Shown piece after piece: positions 13,001 to 26,607 of a stretch of DNA of 64,000 nt. Positions within the stretch are counted from its first letter, which is position 1; each line of letters opens with the position of its first letter. Made by a program: the position numbers and the translations under genes. The notes below the pieces were generated by a model. The model did no database searches. It saw nothing but the letters and a program-made list of their open reading frames with translations, and was not told the DNA's origin. This stretch comes from Catajapyx aquilonaris (taxonomy: Eukaryota). The stretch spans positions 62,001 through 126,000 of the forward strand of contig KZ538768.1 in assembly GCA_000934665.2 (NCBI GenBank), in the 5' to 3' direction.

Positions 13001-14729
13001 AGTAAACAGCACTTTGCCCCCGGCCTGACATCAGCTTTTCCTGTAATTGCTCCTTCATCTTCTGCTTGCAACGGCTCCGGATTTCCAGGCTCGGTGTCGG
13101 CCTTTTTTTTTTAAACAGGAACAAAGTCTTGTCAGAGAGTCAGATGCGAATCGCAGATGCAACTGTATTTTCGACTAGACGCTAGCTAGTGGTTGACCAA
13201 AGCAGTGTGTGTCCATTTAAATTCAAGGTGCATGCTGCTGCGCTGCGTGTTCAGTTGCAGGTTGGTACTTGAGCAGTGGACCACCCTGCATATATTGAGA
13301 GACGAAGTATCTTGTTTTTGGCTTCTTTCGCCCCCAACCATCCCTTCACTAAGCCCTCCTTCCAATTCGATGCCAGAAGCCATATTATACCTTCCAGTTC
13401 TGAACTCCACGTGCGTGTTTTCATTGCAAATGAACTGATCGGCTCCTTATTGAGATTCTACTAATTAAGTCAAGTTTCGGGAAAGGGAAGAAAAGGTTGG
13501 GGGGAAGGCGGGGAATGGGAGGGGGTGGGGGCTTTTTGCTTTCGATCTGGCATTAATGCCTCGGGGGCCACTACAGAAGTGGCGTTAAAGAGAAGATCCA
13601 GGAGCCTCGATTTCTTTTGTCCTCCGAGGTGTGTATACCTTGGGTCCAGGCGGGGAAAACTCCTCAAATTACGGGGCAGGCTATTTGTAACAGAGTTTAT
13701 ACCGGTCCCTGGATCCGCCCTAGTGGCTGTCTCCGGTCGTGATGAACGCATGATTAAAACAAATAACTACATACTGTATATTTTTACGAGGAGGCAATGA
13801 AAATAGCAATAGCTCCTCATTTGGTCCTGAAGAGCCGTAAATTCGCCCGTTCCAAACGCAGGTCCGCGTTTGACGGTAAGGAACGAATGGGCCATAAGAC
13901 AAGGAATGATTTTACGATCGGATGAGAATGTGTGATGAGCCCGTCCGCCCACCCACCCGCTCCCCTCCGAGCCAAATTCAATTGACATCGATCGTACCTT
14001 AGATCAGAGTAATTGCAACTGCCCGCTTCCCTTTATGTCCACCCCGGTGCTGCTGCTGCACTCTTTCCTTCTCCCAATTGGGTCAACTTTAATTAGAAGG
14101 CATCGCAATTAGCATGCGAGCAAATTTGTCGTTATACAAGATTACAAAATCAGCGTCTGCTCTGGATATTTTTTTTACGGCCTGGAAGTTGGCTCTCTCG
14201 TTTTGGAAACGGTTTGGAAGGAATTGATCCATAGGTGGGATGAGGAGGAAAAGGGCGCAAAAAAAGGGAGGGGGGAGTTGCGTTGATTCGGCGACGATCG
14301 GGTGTCGGTAAAGACGGAGGGGGATGGCGGGGGTGGATTGGGGAGAAGGAAAAGGGAAGGGGGGGGGGATGGTGCCACAGCTTTCCCTTAGTGAAGATTT
14401 AGGACTAGTGAAGAGTGATAGAGACAAATGGAAAAGTTTATCATGCCTTTTCTTTTCACCGTGAGGACTCTCCGAGATCGTTGTGGAAGGTATATTCATT
14501 CTTCTTCATCTAGACTCTCGGAAGAAGGTTTTTATTTCCCCTTCTCCTCCCTCCCCCCCTTCCAACTCGGTCGCAGGAAAACATTTGTGGGAAAACTGTG
14601 ATTATGATCCGAGCATTTGGATGTCGATTACGCGTTTTTTTACGGCCAATATCGATTATGTAACAAATCTGTTTTCCCTAATGATTATGTGAAGTTGATG
14701 CTAACAAACGCTCTTTCCATCTTTTGCAG

Positions 14730-14805
14730 GGACTGTAGGGTAGTGAGAGATCCACAAACCCTGAAGTCCAAAGGATATGGCTTCGTCTCCTTCGTCAAAA
14801 AAGCG
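14730..14805 (+). CDS. TIAR: TIA-1/TIAR (Rox8-like) exon, RRM2 including RNP1: (S)DCRVVRDPQTLKSKGYGFVSFVKKA
   Basis: CTAAC branch-like motif at 14701, pyrimidine tract, TTTTGCAG| acceptor and GCG|GTAAGT donor. Translation contains RNP1 KGYGFVSF, matching TIA-1 family RRM2. 76 nt, phase 2 in, phase 0 out. Confidence 0.97.
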
Positions 14806-17800
14806 GTAAGTATTCTCACAATTTTGTTCCCTCCTCTTTTCTCTCTCCCTTTCCACCCCCCACCCTTTTTTTCCCTCCCAGCCTCTCTCCTTCTCTTTTC
14901 CCATCTTCCCTGGAGTGTGATCATTGTCAATTACATCCGACGACAGGCAAGACATGAGTGGGTAACTTTCCTCATCCCCGTGACACCAACGCCACTTGAG
15001 CAGATTGAAAACCGTGCTCCCCCCCCCTCCCTCTTCCTCCCAGCCCACCCTTCCTCCTCCTGCCATCCACCCCCGCCACCCCCTTCCACGCAATTGTCAA
15101 GCTCGGTGACAGATGGGAAGTTGGGCAAGGTCGCCCCGCTTCTTCTAACACTGCTAATGAAGTCACAACTCCTTGCCTCAAATCAGTTAGTCGCAAGTTC
15201 GTTAGCGTCGGGTGGGAGGTAGGGGGGAAGGAGGGTGGGATTGCAAGCGTGAGGGAACGGAAGGTGAGGCTTCGCAATTGGAACTGATGAATAGGCGGTG
15301 ATTATGTCGCCAAACTTTTTTCCTCCTCCTCGGCCTCTTCCGGCAGGAATACGGAAGTTTGACGTAAATATCTTGGAATTCGGCGTCTATCTTACAATCA
15401 TGCCTTTCTCCGGGCACCTGCGCAAATTTGCTGCCCAACGTTGCAACTAGGGGTGAACAAAATAGGGATTTTTAAACAGGCTGTGATCACTGATATTGCA
15501 CCAGAAATGAAATCGAGAGGATCTATTTGGGAATTGAATCGGTGCTATTCCATTTTTGGCATCTCGCTGGTGTGCAGTTTAGGTGTCTCCCGAAAATTGC
15601 GTTGTCGGATGTGTCAATCGGGGGGTCCGGCTACAGTGCAGCGCCAATTTGCGCTGGGGATCCTTTGCCTGGCACTGTATTCAGGAGCATTATCCAATCG
15701 GAAGCGGGGCGAAGACGAGGGCTCTTGTGAGGCACGACATTGATGCAAGCAAGCCTCGCAAGCATTTGACATGCGACTCTCGCGTCGGCGTCTAGGCCTC
15801 TTTTGAGAGCCAAGAGAGAAACTCCAATATACACACACACATCCACGAAATTCCCTCCGAACCCTTCCCCATCACCGTTACCTCGGGTTTTGTTCATCAG
15901 GAATTGAGTGTGTACCAGAAGGACTTCAGGTTAGGGGAGGAGGTCTTTTCTGTCTCCTGATGGGTTTTCGCTGTCTCTCCTGGCTCCTTGTCTAATTATC
16001 GCGTTGATTCATTTCGCAGCAGAACGGCGCCAATATTCTTTCATTGGAGCGCCAACAATGGGTGCCAATGTCAATTGTAGAAACCAAATTAACTCCGGCT
16101 CAATTAGTCCGGCGGGCTGGAATTCCTGTTGCTCATTTATATCACGTACTCTGCCTCCCCCTCCCCCCCATTCCCAACCGCCCCGTCCCCCTTCCCACCG
16201 TACAAAGGGGGGGACTGGAAGTTGTTTAAATACCAGCCGAGCATAAACGACACGGCGTCAGTAGAATGAGCGACCATAACGCTATTCTTGTTCAGCAGCG
16301 GGGCCGCCGGAGAGGATGGGGTTTAAATAAGTGTGTTTGCCTTTGTGTGACACGAGGAAGTAGGAGGAGCACGTAGTGTGCATGTGTGGTGATCTGTGGT
16401 GGTGATTAACGGTGCGTAAGTGATGGAAAGACCCCGCAGTAGCTATCAGGTATCCCACAGGGAGAGGCGGACAACCCTCCCTATACCTCCCCACTTTTCC
16501 TCCCTACCCCCAGCAGCAGCAATTCCCCCCCCCTCCCCTCTCCACTCCCCTGCCCTCCCCCAGCATCCGATGGCATTCAAATTCCCTGCCATAAATATGA
16601 AAAGCCATGTGCAGTGTGCTTGGGTACCCCCGTGTCAGGGAGATACCGCCGCAACTATGTGATGAATTGGTGTAATTTGCAGTGTTATGCCTGTAGTTTC
16701 GCCCGCTTATCCTATTTAGTTGTTGGCACAGGGAGTTGCACATGCGAGTACAGGGCTGCTGGGATGATGTGTTTGGGTAGCCCCCGAGACCTGCTCTCTT
16801 TGCCGGCTACCTCTCCTCTCCCCATCCCTCCCTATACCCTCCTCTCCACTCCCCCCTGTCCCTGTCTTTGCTTCCATGCATACTGATGACTCGGGACCGC
16901 GGCTTGATAGCGGTGATTGCTCTTGGAGAAACACTAAGGGCGAATAAGATTAACGATTTGCGTGTGGGCTCATTTTTCTCTCCACACCCCTCCCCTTCCC
17001 ATCCCCAGATCCCGCCCAACCCTACCCCTACCCAAACACCGCGACATAATTCATACCGCCGTGAGTTATGCACCGTCCCATTAGCGTTGCACTAGGTGGA
17101 CTGGAGAGACTTCCTCACCTCATTTTTAGTCCCGGAAAGGCCTAATGCCCCCAGTCGGTCGCGTATGAATCATTTGCTAATGCTGATTAGTCGGATTGTG
17201 CCAGCAGCTTATCGGGGCCCGCGGAAGATGGCAGCACCCTGGGTGTTCCCTCTGACGGCCAACTTGCAGATTAGGCTGATAATGGCCGAAAGATGGCAGC
17301 AGTGGCGATATCCCCCCTGGCGGCAGAACCCGCATCATCGGCCGTTTGAATCATGAACGCTGGAAAACTTTTCTCATTTTTAAAAAGGAAATTGTGAGCT
17401 GTGTAGAGCCTAGGGGGAGGGGATGGTGTGCGTGTCGATCTGTTACTGTACCGCAGGTGGGGGCCGAAGCAGAAGTTGGGGTGTCGAGGGGTGTGTTGTG
17501 GGGTGCGCAGTTTTCTGATAGAGCGGCTTAGGTTCGCGTGTTTGGCGTCGCCTTCACGCTATGGACGTGAGGGACGCGGCTGCCGGAGCTTCGGATCCAT
17601 TCGTCATCGTGCTCCCCCCGCTCGCTCTTTTTTTTTGTGTGTGTGTGTGCTTCCCCCCTACCTTCTCTCTCCACCTTTTTTTTTTAAGAGGGTGAGGTAG
17701 TGGATTTCTCACGTTCGGCTGTCGATACCCATCGCTTTTCTCGCTTAAGAGTTTGTCGAAATGGGGCGGCTCTCTTGCACCGGCCACTCGTAATTTTTTA

Positions 17801-20800
17801 GCGGTTCCCTCGCAACATGCATCTCGGGCCAGCACCAGTTTGGAGACAAATAGCTGCTGAAGCAATTTCTGGATGAGGGGGCATCTCCCATATCATGCTC
17901 TAGTTTTTTGGTGCCTTATGCAGTGAAGTTTAGGTGAAATGCGCTTTTTATTAACTGGATAACAAGATTGCACACCCTGTCACATTATTTTGAGGCTCTT
18001 ATAAATTTTCCACGTTATGAACTAATTTGCATATTTTGACTGGGGAGAATCTTTCCAAGTTATGTTAATTAATATGACAAACCATTTGGAATCTACTCTT
18101 GCACCTCTCTTTGTCCTTTGTCCTAGTCGAGTTTACCCTTTTGTCTTCCTTGCCACACTGTGGCCCGGAATCAGGTGCGGATTACCGGGAATGGAATCCT
18201 GAGTCTCACCCACATACATCTGGTCGTCTGGGCCTGTCGTCACGGACCTCGAGTCTTGTTGTTTCCGATTGGCCACTACGGCCCCTGCATCCTGCAGCGA
18301 CCCCTTTTATCCAGCCCCACCACCCACCACCCCCTACAAATGCCTATATCGGGTCTTGAAGGAGAGAGCAGAGAAGGAATCGGAACGATCCGGTAACTTG
18401 GCCGTTGGTTTCCCGGAACTGCGCTAATCCAGGCCAATCCGGGAAGTAATTGGACGCCTCCGACCTGCTGGGTAGAAGGAGACGCGGGGACAAAAGTGCC
18501 TTGGGAGCCAGGCGGCAGCTTCCATTTGCTTTCTTCTCTTTTTTCGCCCCACCCCCCTTGGTCTTTCTATATGTACCTTAAAGGGGACACCTATTGTGAA
18601 TCAGGACAAGAAGAGTGGCGTCGAGGGACAAAAAAAAAAGAAGAAGAAGAAAAAGAGGGAAATATGTGACAGGCTCATGTAGTACGATAACTGCCTCTGG
18701 CGACACTGTATTTTATTTGTAGTGAGGGTTAGGGATACTGTAATGCTCGGAAACCTTTATTTAATATGGCTTTAATCGCATCTAAGGTCACTGCTATCAC
18801 GTGTCTGACATGATATTTAATATATATGAGTTGAAAATGTAGGGTTATAGAGATGGGGCGATCCGACTGCTCTATTTGGAATGTTACCAGTAGCTAAACT
18901 GGATTAATGATCATTTAAATAATTTTATATTGAATTCAACGCAATAGTACACTAATCAATTAGTTAATTAATTTCTAGTGTAATTAATGAGTTACCAGTA
19001 AGAGATGTTGCTATTAGGGAGCGTCATATATAGGGAATAACAGGGTTATTCCATCGAGTTGATTCCATTCATATTAATGGGAGGGGCTCACTCGGTGTGG
19101 GTTATTATTGCGTCGAGTGTAACTGAATAATGGTGTGACCTATATTTTTGTGCGACGGTTTATGTTGTGTACACCAGTGTGACGGAAAGTTTATCTTGGT
19201 GAAGCATTTTCATTATTTTTGACCACCATTTCCTTCTGGAAACTGACGTGTCCTGAAATTCCCAAAATTCTTTTCAGTGATTAGCATTTGTTTGGGATCA
19301 GATACGCTGTTAGCTTATTCGCAGGAAGATATTACATGTACTAATATAAATGCTCTGCCACACTACAATTCAGTGTTTTCGGTATAGTGTCAAAGGGAAT
19401 ATTATTAGTACAAATGTTGTTGCCCAAATGTGTCAAAGCGTTCATGGGAGGAAGAAAAAAGTATCACAAATGCGAAATCAGGGTGTTATACAGAACACGG
19501 GTAAAAATATTCCCCCTGAAAATATTATAAAACTGTGATTAAACATTGTTTATGAAAACGCTTTTAAGCGACAACACTGGCAAAATCGCGTTACAAGCGA
19601 TTTTGTTGTTTTTTTTGCCGTCGTGACAAAAGCAGAAGTTGGCATGACTTTGATGTCGGCGGCGCCACCATAAATGCTTTACCATAATGTTGCGCTAATT
19701 GTTACTTTAATACTGTCACGAGAATGCCATCGAGCAGTTTTTACTTGTTGCGGTTTTCGTGCGTGCGTGGGTGAGTGCGCGTGCGTGTTTCCCATCGTTT
19801 TCTCTGGCTGTTGCTCGGATCTGTCTGAAAAACTGTTGCCTTCGTCGAGATTGCACAAATGCCAGCCGCTTAACTAAGTCTCCCGCACCTAAGATTTTCC
19901 AACGTCGTCGGAGGCAACCTCAACCAATTATTATTATTGTCAGTCAAGGGGCCAACCGTCTGGTAACATCAAAGGAAACTTCACGCAATTATGGAGATCA
20001 AAAGTTGCAAGCGTTTTCATTCATTTGAACGAGGGTAGGGAGCAGCTGAGGAGACTGGGGTGTGGTGGCGGGGTTGGATGGGGGGAAATTTGGAAATGGG
20101 GGGGAGGTGGAAACNCCCCCCCCCCCCCTTTTGCCCGGGTGCCTCTGATGATGTATGTCTTCCGTCACCTTCTTCGCTCATAAGGAGGGCCTGGATTTGC
20201 AGACTGGCGCTATTAATTATTTTTAAACGCGGTTGTATTCCCGGGGAATAAGCGCAAGTGGTTTTAAGAGAGAATTGAACTTGATGGTGTGGCTTGTGGA
20301 GCCGCATCTTCTGACACGATAATTGCACTCATCACACGGCTTCGGTTTAAGGCGGCTTGAAATTTTTGAATTATCTCGTTCGAGCTCGTCTGGAAATAGG
20401 GTCGAGTCTTGATTAAAGACAATGGAGGTGTTATTCCGGTTTTAGTATTATTATCTCGGAGGCTGCGGATTAGGTATTTTTTTTTTAACGCACTTGCTCT
20501 GGGGAGAGGAGAGAGACTGCGGGTGCGCCTGCCAACTGAGCATTATGCGGAGCAGAGAAGCGTTTAAGGCTGCCTTGCTCCCAGGATGAAGCCAAGGTCA
20601 TTCCACGTTCTACTTTTAGGAAAAGCTGCCCATTATTTTTACATTACTCTTTATTTTTAAATAGTAAATATTCTCCGTGATATGCCTTCTTTAAATGGCC
20701 CTACTGTGCTATTAATGTACCTGACAATGAATTTTGAGAGTGCAAGAATCCGATTAAAACTCTCACGATTAGATAATAACAGTGGGTTTGAGACGTTAGC

Positions 20801-21485
20801 ACGACAGTGTATGGACACGTACGAACATGTTTTTGGCTGTCAAGTTCCTTGGCGCGAACCGGAATTGCACCTTGACATTGACGGGTCGTTAACTCTGCGG
20901 GCATGCGAATGCCAATTAGCAAATTATCGTCGGATGCAATGTTATTAGACTTTACAAGCAGTCAACCAGAATGAAATGACTTACAGATAATGCCTGGCTT
21001 CCTCGTTTTCTAGGGGACTGCAGCTTGTTGGGTAATAATCACAGACGGAATAAGGCGTGGAGGGAGGGGGCATTAAGGTGGTTGGGGAGAGGCGGGGGGA
21101 GGGGGGGGGTGTTGGGCATGGCCCCAGCCGAGAGGGTTAATTAGGGAGTTTTGGGTAATCCAGGGGCGCGAGAGATGTGGGGGGAGTCGCCCCCAAAAGG
21201 GGACCTCCCTCCCCTTCCTTCCCCCCTTTTCCTTGCGTTTCACTCGAGGCTGACTTAGCCGGCTTCATTAGGATGCCACGCGGACCTGAAGAAGTGCATA
21301 CCCCTGCCAGACCTCCTCCTGATGCCCGCCCCCACCCAGGCCTTTATGTGACAGCGCTATGAATTGACGAAGACTGCCATCGAAGACACTTGTGCATGCC
21401 GCTTCAGACTAGAAACTTTGCGATTTGTGGAGAAAGCGCTAATGCTTTTTTTTTTCTTTCTCTCTCTCTTTCTTGCATTTCGCAG

Positions 21486-21588
21486 GAGGCGGAAAATGCC
21501 ATCGCAGCTATGAATGGCCAATGGCTGGGAAACCGCAGCATCCGGACCAACTGGGCCACCCGGAAGCCTCCGGCGCCCAAGAACGACG
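21486..21588 (+). CDS. TIAR: TIA-1/TIAR exon, end of RRM2 and linker: [34 protein letters not shown]
   Basis: Long T/C tract with TCGCAG| acceptor and ACG|GTGAGT donor. [11 protein letters not shown] is diagnostic of the TIA-1 family. 103 nt, phase 0 to 1. Confidence 0.97.
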
Positions 21589-24500
21589 GTGAGTACCGCC
21601 ACAACCTAGAAAGTAAGTCGTACCATTTACATATTATTATTATCTCCAGGGTCTCTTTTTCTCTCTACCAATTAAGACCTTTTTCTCTGTCGCCATCTTT
21701 CTACCACCCGCCCTCTGTTGGACATGTGTATTTTTTTTTTTCAAAAAAGAATGAATGAATGAAAGAAAAAAAGACCAAAGAAAGAAAAGGAAAGCCGTGT
21801 TGTGCATGCTTGTAACACAACTCAGCATGATGTTCCAGCCATCTGTTAAGTCGATAGAGAAAAAGGAACTATCTTCCACGTGCACGGAACCAGTCGCTTT
21901 TCCAAGAACCATTCTTTTCAGTTAGATGATAAATCGGGGGATACTGGGTATATCGTGGGAGGAGAAACAAAAGAGCTAGCCTTTGTCTTTTGTGATCGCT
22001 CATTTATACGGCCGTGATGGCGAAACAAGTGGACTGGGGGATTGGCGGTTCTAATGCAGAGAGCAATATTTCCGACGAGTTTTTTTTTTTTTTTTTTTTA
22101 ATTCCGCCCCGCCCCACCCCTATTCTCTTCTGTTACCCGCTCTTCCGAAATATAAAACACTGGAATCTCCATACTTGACAATTCGAGGAAATGGGTAGGA
22201 AATGAACCGAGCATTGCATGGGTGGGGAAAATTATCAGTCTATAACTCGACCGTATCGGGCTCGTATTGGCAGGTGTGTTAGGTGAAAATTTTCTAGCTC
22301 TATTGAATTTTTTGCCCCCTTTTCTTTCCTAAGGATGAGGGGTATAATGTCCTTGCCAGGAATCGCGTGAGACAAGGGGTAGGGGGGAAAAAAAGAAAAA
22401 GAAAAAGAAAAGAAAACTCCACTTCTCCCGATCTACCTTGATGATATCAAAACCAACTGCCCGCGACCATCTGCACGCAGGTGCTTTTTGGGGAAGGAGG
22501 AAGGAGAAATTGGGGGAGAATGTTGACTGTGGGTGGGTGGAAGGGGGAGGGGTGTTGTCCTCTCCCTGACCCACACCCACGCATGCGAGCCTGTCCTCAG
22601 ACACGCATTGAATTGTCCTAGTAGACAGGTTTTCGAAGGCATTGCCCCCAATTGCCTCTGATTGCTAGGGTGGGCGGGATATATTGGCCTAGTCACTGTG
22701 AACCAACGCAAGGCAGGTAACGATGGGGGGGGGGGGGGGGGNCTTTTTTTTTGCGGGGGACATGGTGGGTTGGGTGGTTGGGTGGGAGAGGAAATGGGCT
22801 CGAAGTTCGCCCCCCAGATATGTCCGAGCGAGGCCTCAGGGACACGGAACAATCCTCTTAATGCCGCCTAAATTGATGGGATCAAATAATTCGTCCTACT
22901 GGAAAGGGAAAAAGTGGGATGCCCTCCCTGGAGTCTGTTCTCGACGCATCCTCCTAATCGAACGCTGCTTGGAGGGATGGGGAAAACCGAAGGAAGCGAA
23001 AGGTGCGGTCATTAGTGCTGATTTTTCTGACCTTTCTCTCTTTTTTTAAAAAAAAAAAAAGAGTGCATTCCAAGATGGGTTTTTTCAGCCTTTCCTTTCA
23101 TGTAATAAAGGGCAGGTAGGAGTGGGAAGAGGGGAGAAAAAAAATGGTTGCATCCCAGCTCAGGCAGTGTTGTGTGCAGGTATCCGGGCGTGGAAAAGGT
23201 GTCTGCCAGATGGGAGAATGGATCCTGCTTTGTTAGAGCGATCTTCCTCCTCTCCCCTGGCAAGAGAGAAAGGCGGGGGAGGGAAGGGAAAAATAGAGAG
23301 GGGGGGAGAGAAAATGTGTCCCAATGGGTGGTCATCAATTTGGCGCGCTTCGGACCCTGGCTCTCCCTTTGTAATAGTTGATGCAACGCCCCCGGTTTCT
23401 TTTTAAGTGGCTCTTTGTGCCATCGTCGGGCTTTGGAGACAGTTGCTAGGACGCGAGGGACTTTGTGTTGGAGAGGGTGGGTGGGTGGGGACGGACTACT
23501 GGAGGAGGAGGAGGAGGGGTAACCGAAGACTACTCTCGTGTGTCTGTCGCATTTGGAAGGCCCCCGGATTCACCTAAGGAGTGAAGTGCAGGCTGTTGGG
23601 AGATGACGAGTCCCATGCATGCTGTTCCGGACAAAAAGTTTGGCCAGTCAAGAGATTGCTCCGCTATGGTCGCGGATTTTACAGTTTCCTTGTTTGCGGG
23701 TCGCCTCCTCCGAGTCCTGATAGCTGCTGCTGCCAGGAATCGCTGAAACTCTGATTAACATTTGAACAGTAGTGTCAATGTTATGTCCGGCCTACACTGG
23801 GCGTGTTAAAAGCGGCGGAAACAAAACATTGTTATTTTTAGAAGTACATGACAGTGAGTGAGAGTCTCTCGGAGCTATTTCGAGCTTTCATGAATTTTAA
23901 GTTTGTGTTCACGCAGATGGCGATGTCATTGGTATCCATCAATTAAAGCCAGAGCTACCTACCAGTCCTTGCAGTTGACCTTGTGATCCGAGTTTAGTAC
24001 AGTGAAACATACAGTCAGTCCTTTCCTAAAATTTTATGTACTGAATTACAGGACGGGAAGAGTCAGTACGTGGTTTGCTATTACTCTTAGGGGATTCCCC
24101 TCTCTCTTTTTTTTGCGTTTTCCATGCAGGGCGTGCTTTTTTTTAAACCCGCTCTCTGAAGGAAGCTCAGCCGGTTTTAACGCTTCTTCTGACTTTGCCT
24201 GCCTAATGGAGACTTGGCCGTAATATTTGACGTAGGGGGATCGTCAAATTCCCGCATCCGGAGGTGGGGAGAGAGAGAAAAAAATGCAGTAAGCCTCCTG
24301 GTTTGTTGCGCTACTGGGGATTCGACCTGGGCTGGATGACCTCTGAGGCTGGCTGATGGTCCGATTCTCTCCCTCCCTCTCTCCGTCCCTCCGGAGGTCG
24401 TGAAAACGTCAGGCAAGATGGCCGACGCCCCCATGGTTTTTGTCTGCGGTCTAAAATGGCGCGGCGTTTGGCAGGTCTTTGTGTGTGACGGGGGTCGTCT

Positions 24501-26425
24501 GTTGGCGAAAGGTGGGCATCAAAATTATTCTGCCTTGATTACCTGGGATCCCCGCGGCCTTTACGACGCCATAAATCACGCTTTGATTTCGCGCTCGTGC
24601 GCGCGTGTGTGTATGTGTGTGTGTGGTCTACACGGGGCTGGATGGACAATGCCAGCGTTGACGTGGCACGAAGTTTGCAAAACAAAGACTGCCGTTTCAC
24701 CCCCGCCATCCATCGCCACAACCTCAGTTCCATGTACCCCCACCTGCCAACCTTATATCTATCCCCTTGACATGCAACTGGAAAGGAAGGAAATGCAGCC
24801 ACACACATACGCCATATGAGTGAAATTTTTGTCTGATCATTTGCGCAGATCAGAATGGATATCTGCGCAGTGCACGCGATGCGTTGCGCAGAAGCACTGC
24901 GCAGACCTTCATTTTGGATGAGGATTTCCACCAGGGTCAACTGCGTCTCCAATTCGGCCTCTCTCTCCTTATGCTGGGATCCAATCTCTTCTCGTAGCTC
25001 CGCGAAACTCGCGAAGGGCCTTTTGCTACTCAAAGCTACTAGAATATACCTTCCAGTAAAGGCGAACGAGAGCCGGCAGTTGGTCGTTTCTAGCACTGAC
25101 ACTCCATCAGTCCTTGTCACCAGGGCCAGGGGTGATGGTCACTTGTCGAGTTCTGCAGGTGATGGAGGGGGAGAAAAGGCTTGATACTCGAATGGACTCC
25201 AACCGGGGGAACAGGGATTTTATTTATTTACTTACTTTCGTCTTCAGGGGGCTTCGCATGAATTCATGGGAGAAAAGACGTGTAACTAGAGCACCCATTT
25301 CTTATGCATTGGGGCCATATTAGTTGGTATCAACCGGGGCATTAGAGCGGTGTAACGCCTCCTCGAGCATGTTTATGATAAGCAATATTAAGCATCCCCA
25401 TTAACAGGGCTAATCTGAGCCCATGTTCCTTTAATAGTCTTACAAAGTCTTAGCATAAATTTTAATTTGGCCTGGAATCGTTTTTCGGGGGGGAGGGCCA
25501 AGGCCGAGGATATATCGGTCGCGGAATCGCGGCGATAAATCCAATCGACAATGAAAGCCACCTGAGCCTTGTTGGAAGGGGAAACAATTATTTACGTAAT
25601 TGCGGGTGTAGAGGCAGTGGTATAGCCCCGGCGAGTGGGTGGTTGTTGCGAAGGAAATCCATTAGACGTTGGTTGGTGGGGAGGGAGGGAGACCGTTTCG
25701 GGGCTTGTATCGTTCGTTACCATTACTGGGGACCAGGGGGAGAGCCTAATGATCCGGGACGGAAAATTAATAGCGACCCTTGTTGCGGCTATTGCCCCAA
25801 GACCACTCCGGGGTCACCTGTGGGGGGAAATAGGCCAAGGGGCAGTTCGCAGAGTTACGTCTTCACTTGTGTCCCCCTCTGCATTCCTCGTGTCCCTCTC
25901 CCCCCTCTAGCTATAAAAAGGGCAATTAATGCAGGTTTAAAACTATACAGCAAAGATAACAACAACGTAGTGAGTTGTACGATGGGCGCCAGTCGACTAT
26001 CCTGGGGAAAATGATGACATATTAGGTGACCTGCCCCACAAGTCGGCGTGCCATGTGGGTCAAAACCGAGCTTAAATTGCATGTGTGTTACTGGCTGACA
26101 GATGGCGCGTCCCCAAAAATAATGTGACCGCGTAAACACGACTCGAACTGTCCCCTGGAAGCTTCCATCGCTTTCGGAAAACCGGGTTGCCGCATGTTGT
26201 CAATTTGTCAACCGGATGAAATTGGCTCGTTTTAATGGAAGTCACCGCTTAGCTGTGCGATTGTTGGTGTTATTGCAAGGGACATAATTTAGGGAGAAGC
26301 AGAAGGGAGGTTGATGTTGGGCCATAAATTTCGATGGGGGGTTGTTGGGGGGTGTGGGTGGAATGGAGAGAAGACGACATGGGGAAGGGGAGGGGGATAA
26401 AAGGAGACAGGGGGACAGGTCCTTT

Positions 26426-26607
26426 NNNNNNNNNNNNNNNNNNNNNNNNNNNNNNNNNNNNNNNNNNNNNNNNNNNNNNNNNNNNNNNNNNNNNNNNNNN
26501 NNNNNNNNNNNNNNNNNNNNNNNNNNNNNNNNNNNNNNNNNNNNNNNNNNNNNNNNNNNNNNNNNNNNNNNNNNNNNNNNNNNNNNNNNNNNNNNNNNNN
26601 NNNNNNN
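26426..26607. other. Assembly gap (N run)
   Basis: Run of N, with a G-rich left flank and a C-run right flank. Confidence 1.

Noticed and set aside
13739..13830. C/D-box snoRNA candidate (GTGATGA ... CTGA, 92 nt)
   Set aside because: No adjacent terminal stem, no clear D'/C' boxes, and no rRNA or snRNA complement that I could recognise. A snoscan run would settle it.
14806..15222. Long open frame continuing past the RRM2 exon donor
   Set aside because: Stop-poor C/T low-complexity intron sequence after a consensus donor.
24539..25120. 193-aa minus-strand ORF
   Set aside because: No domain, GTG start, and it runs through a CA microsatellite.
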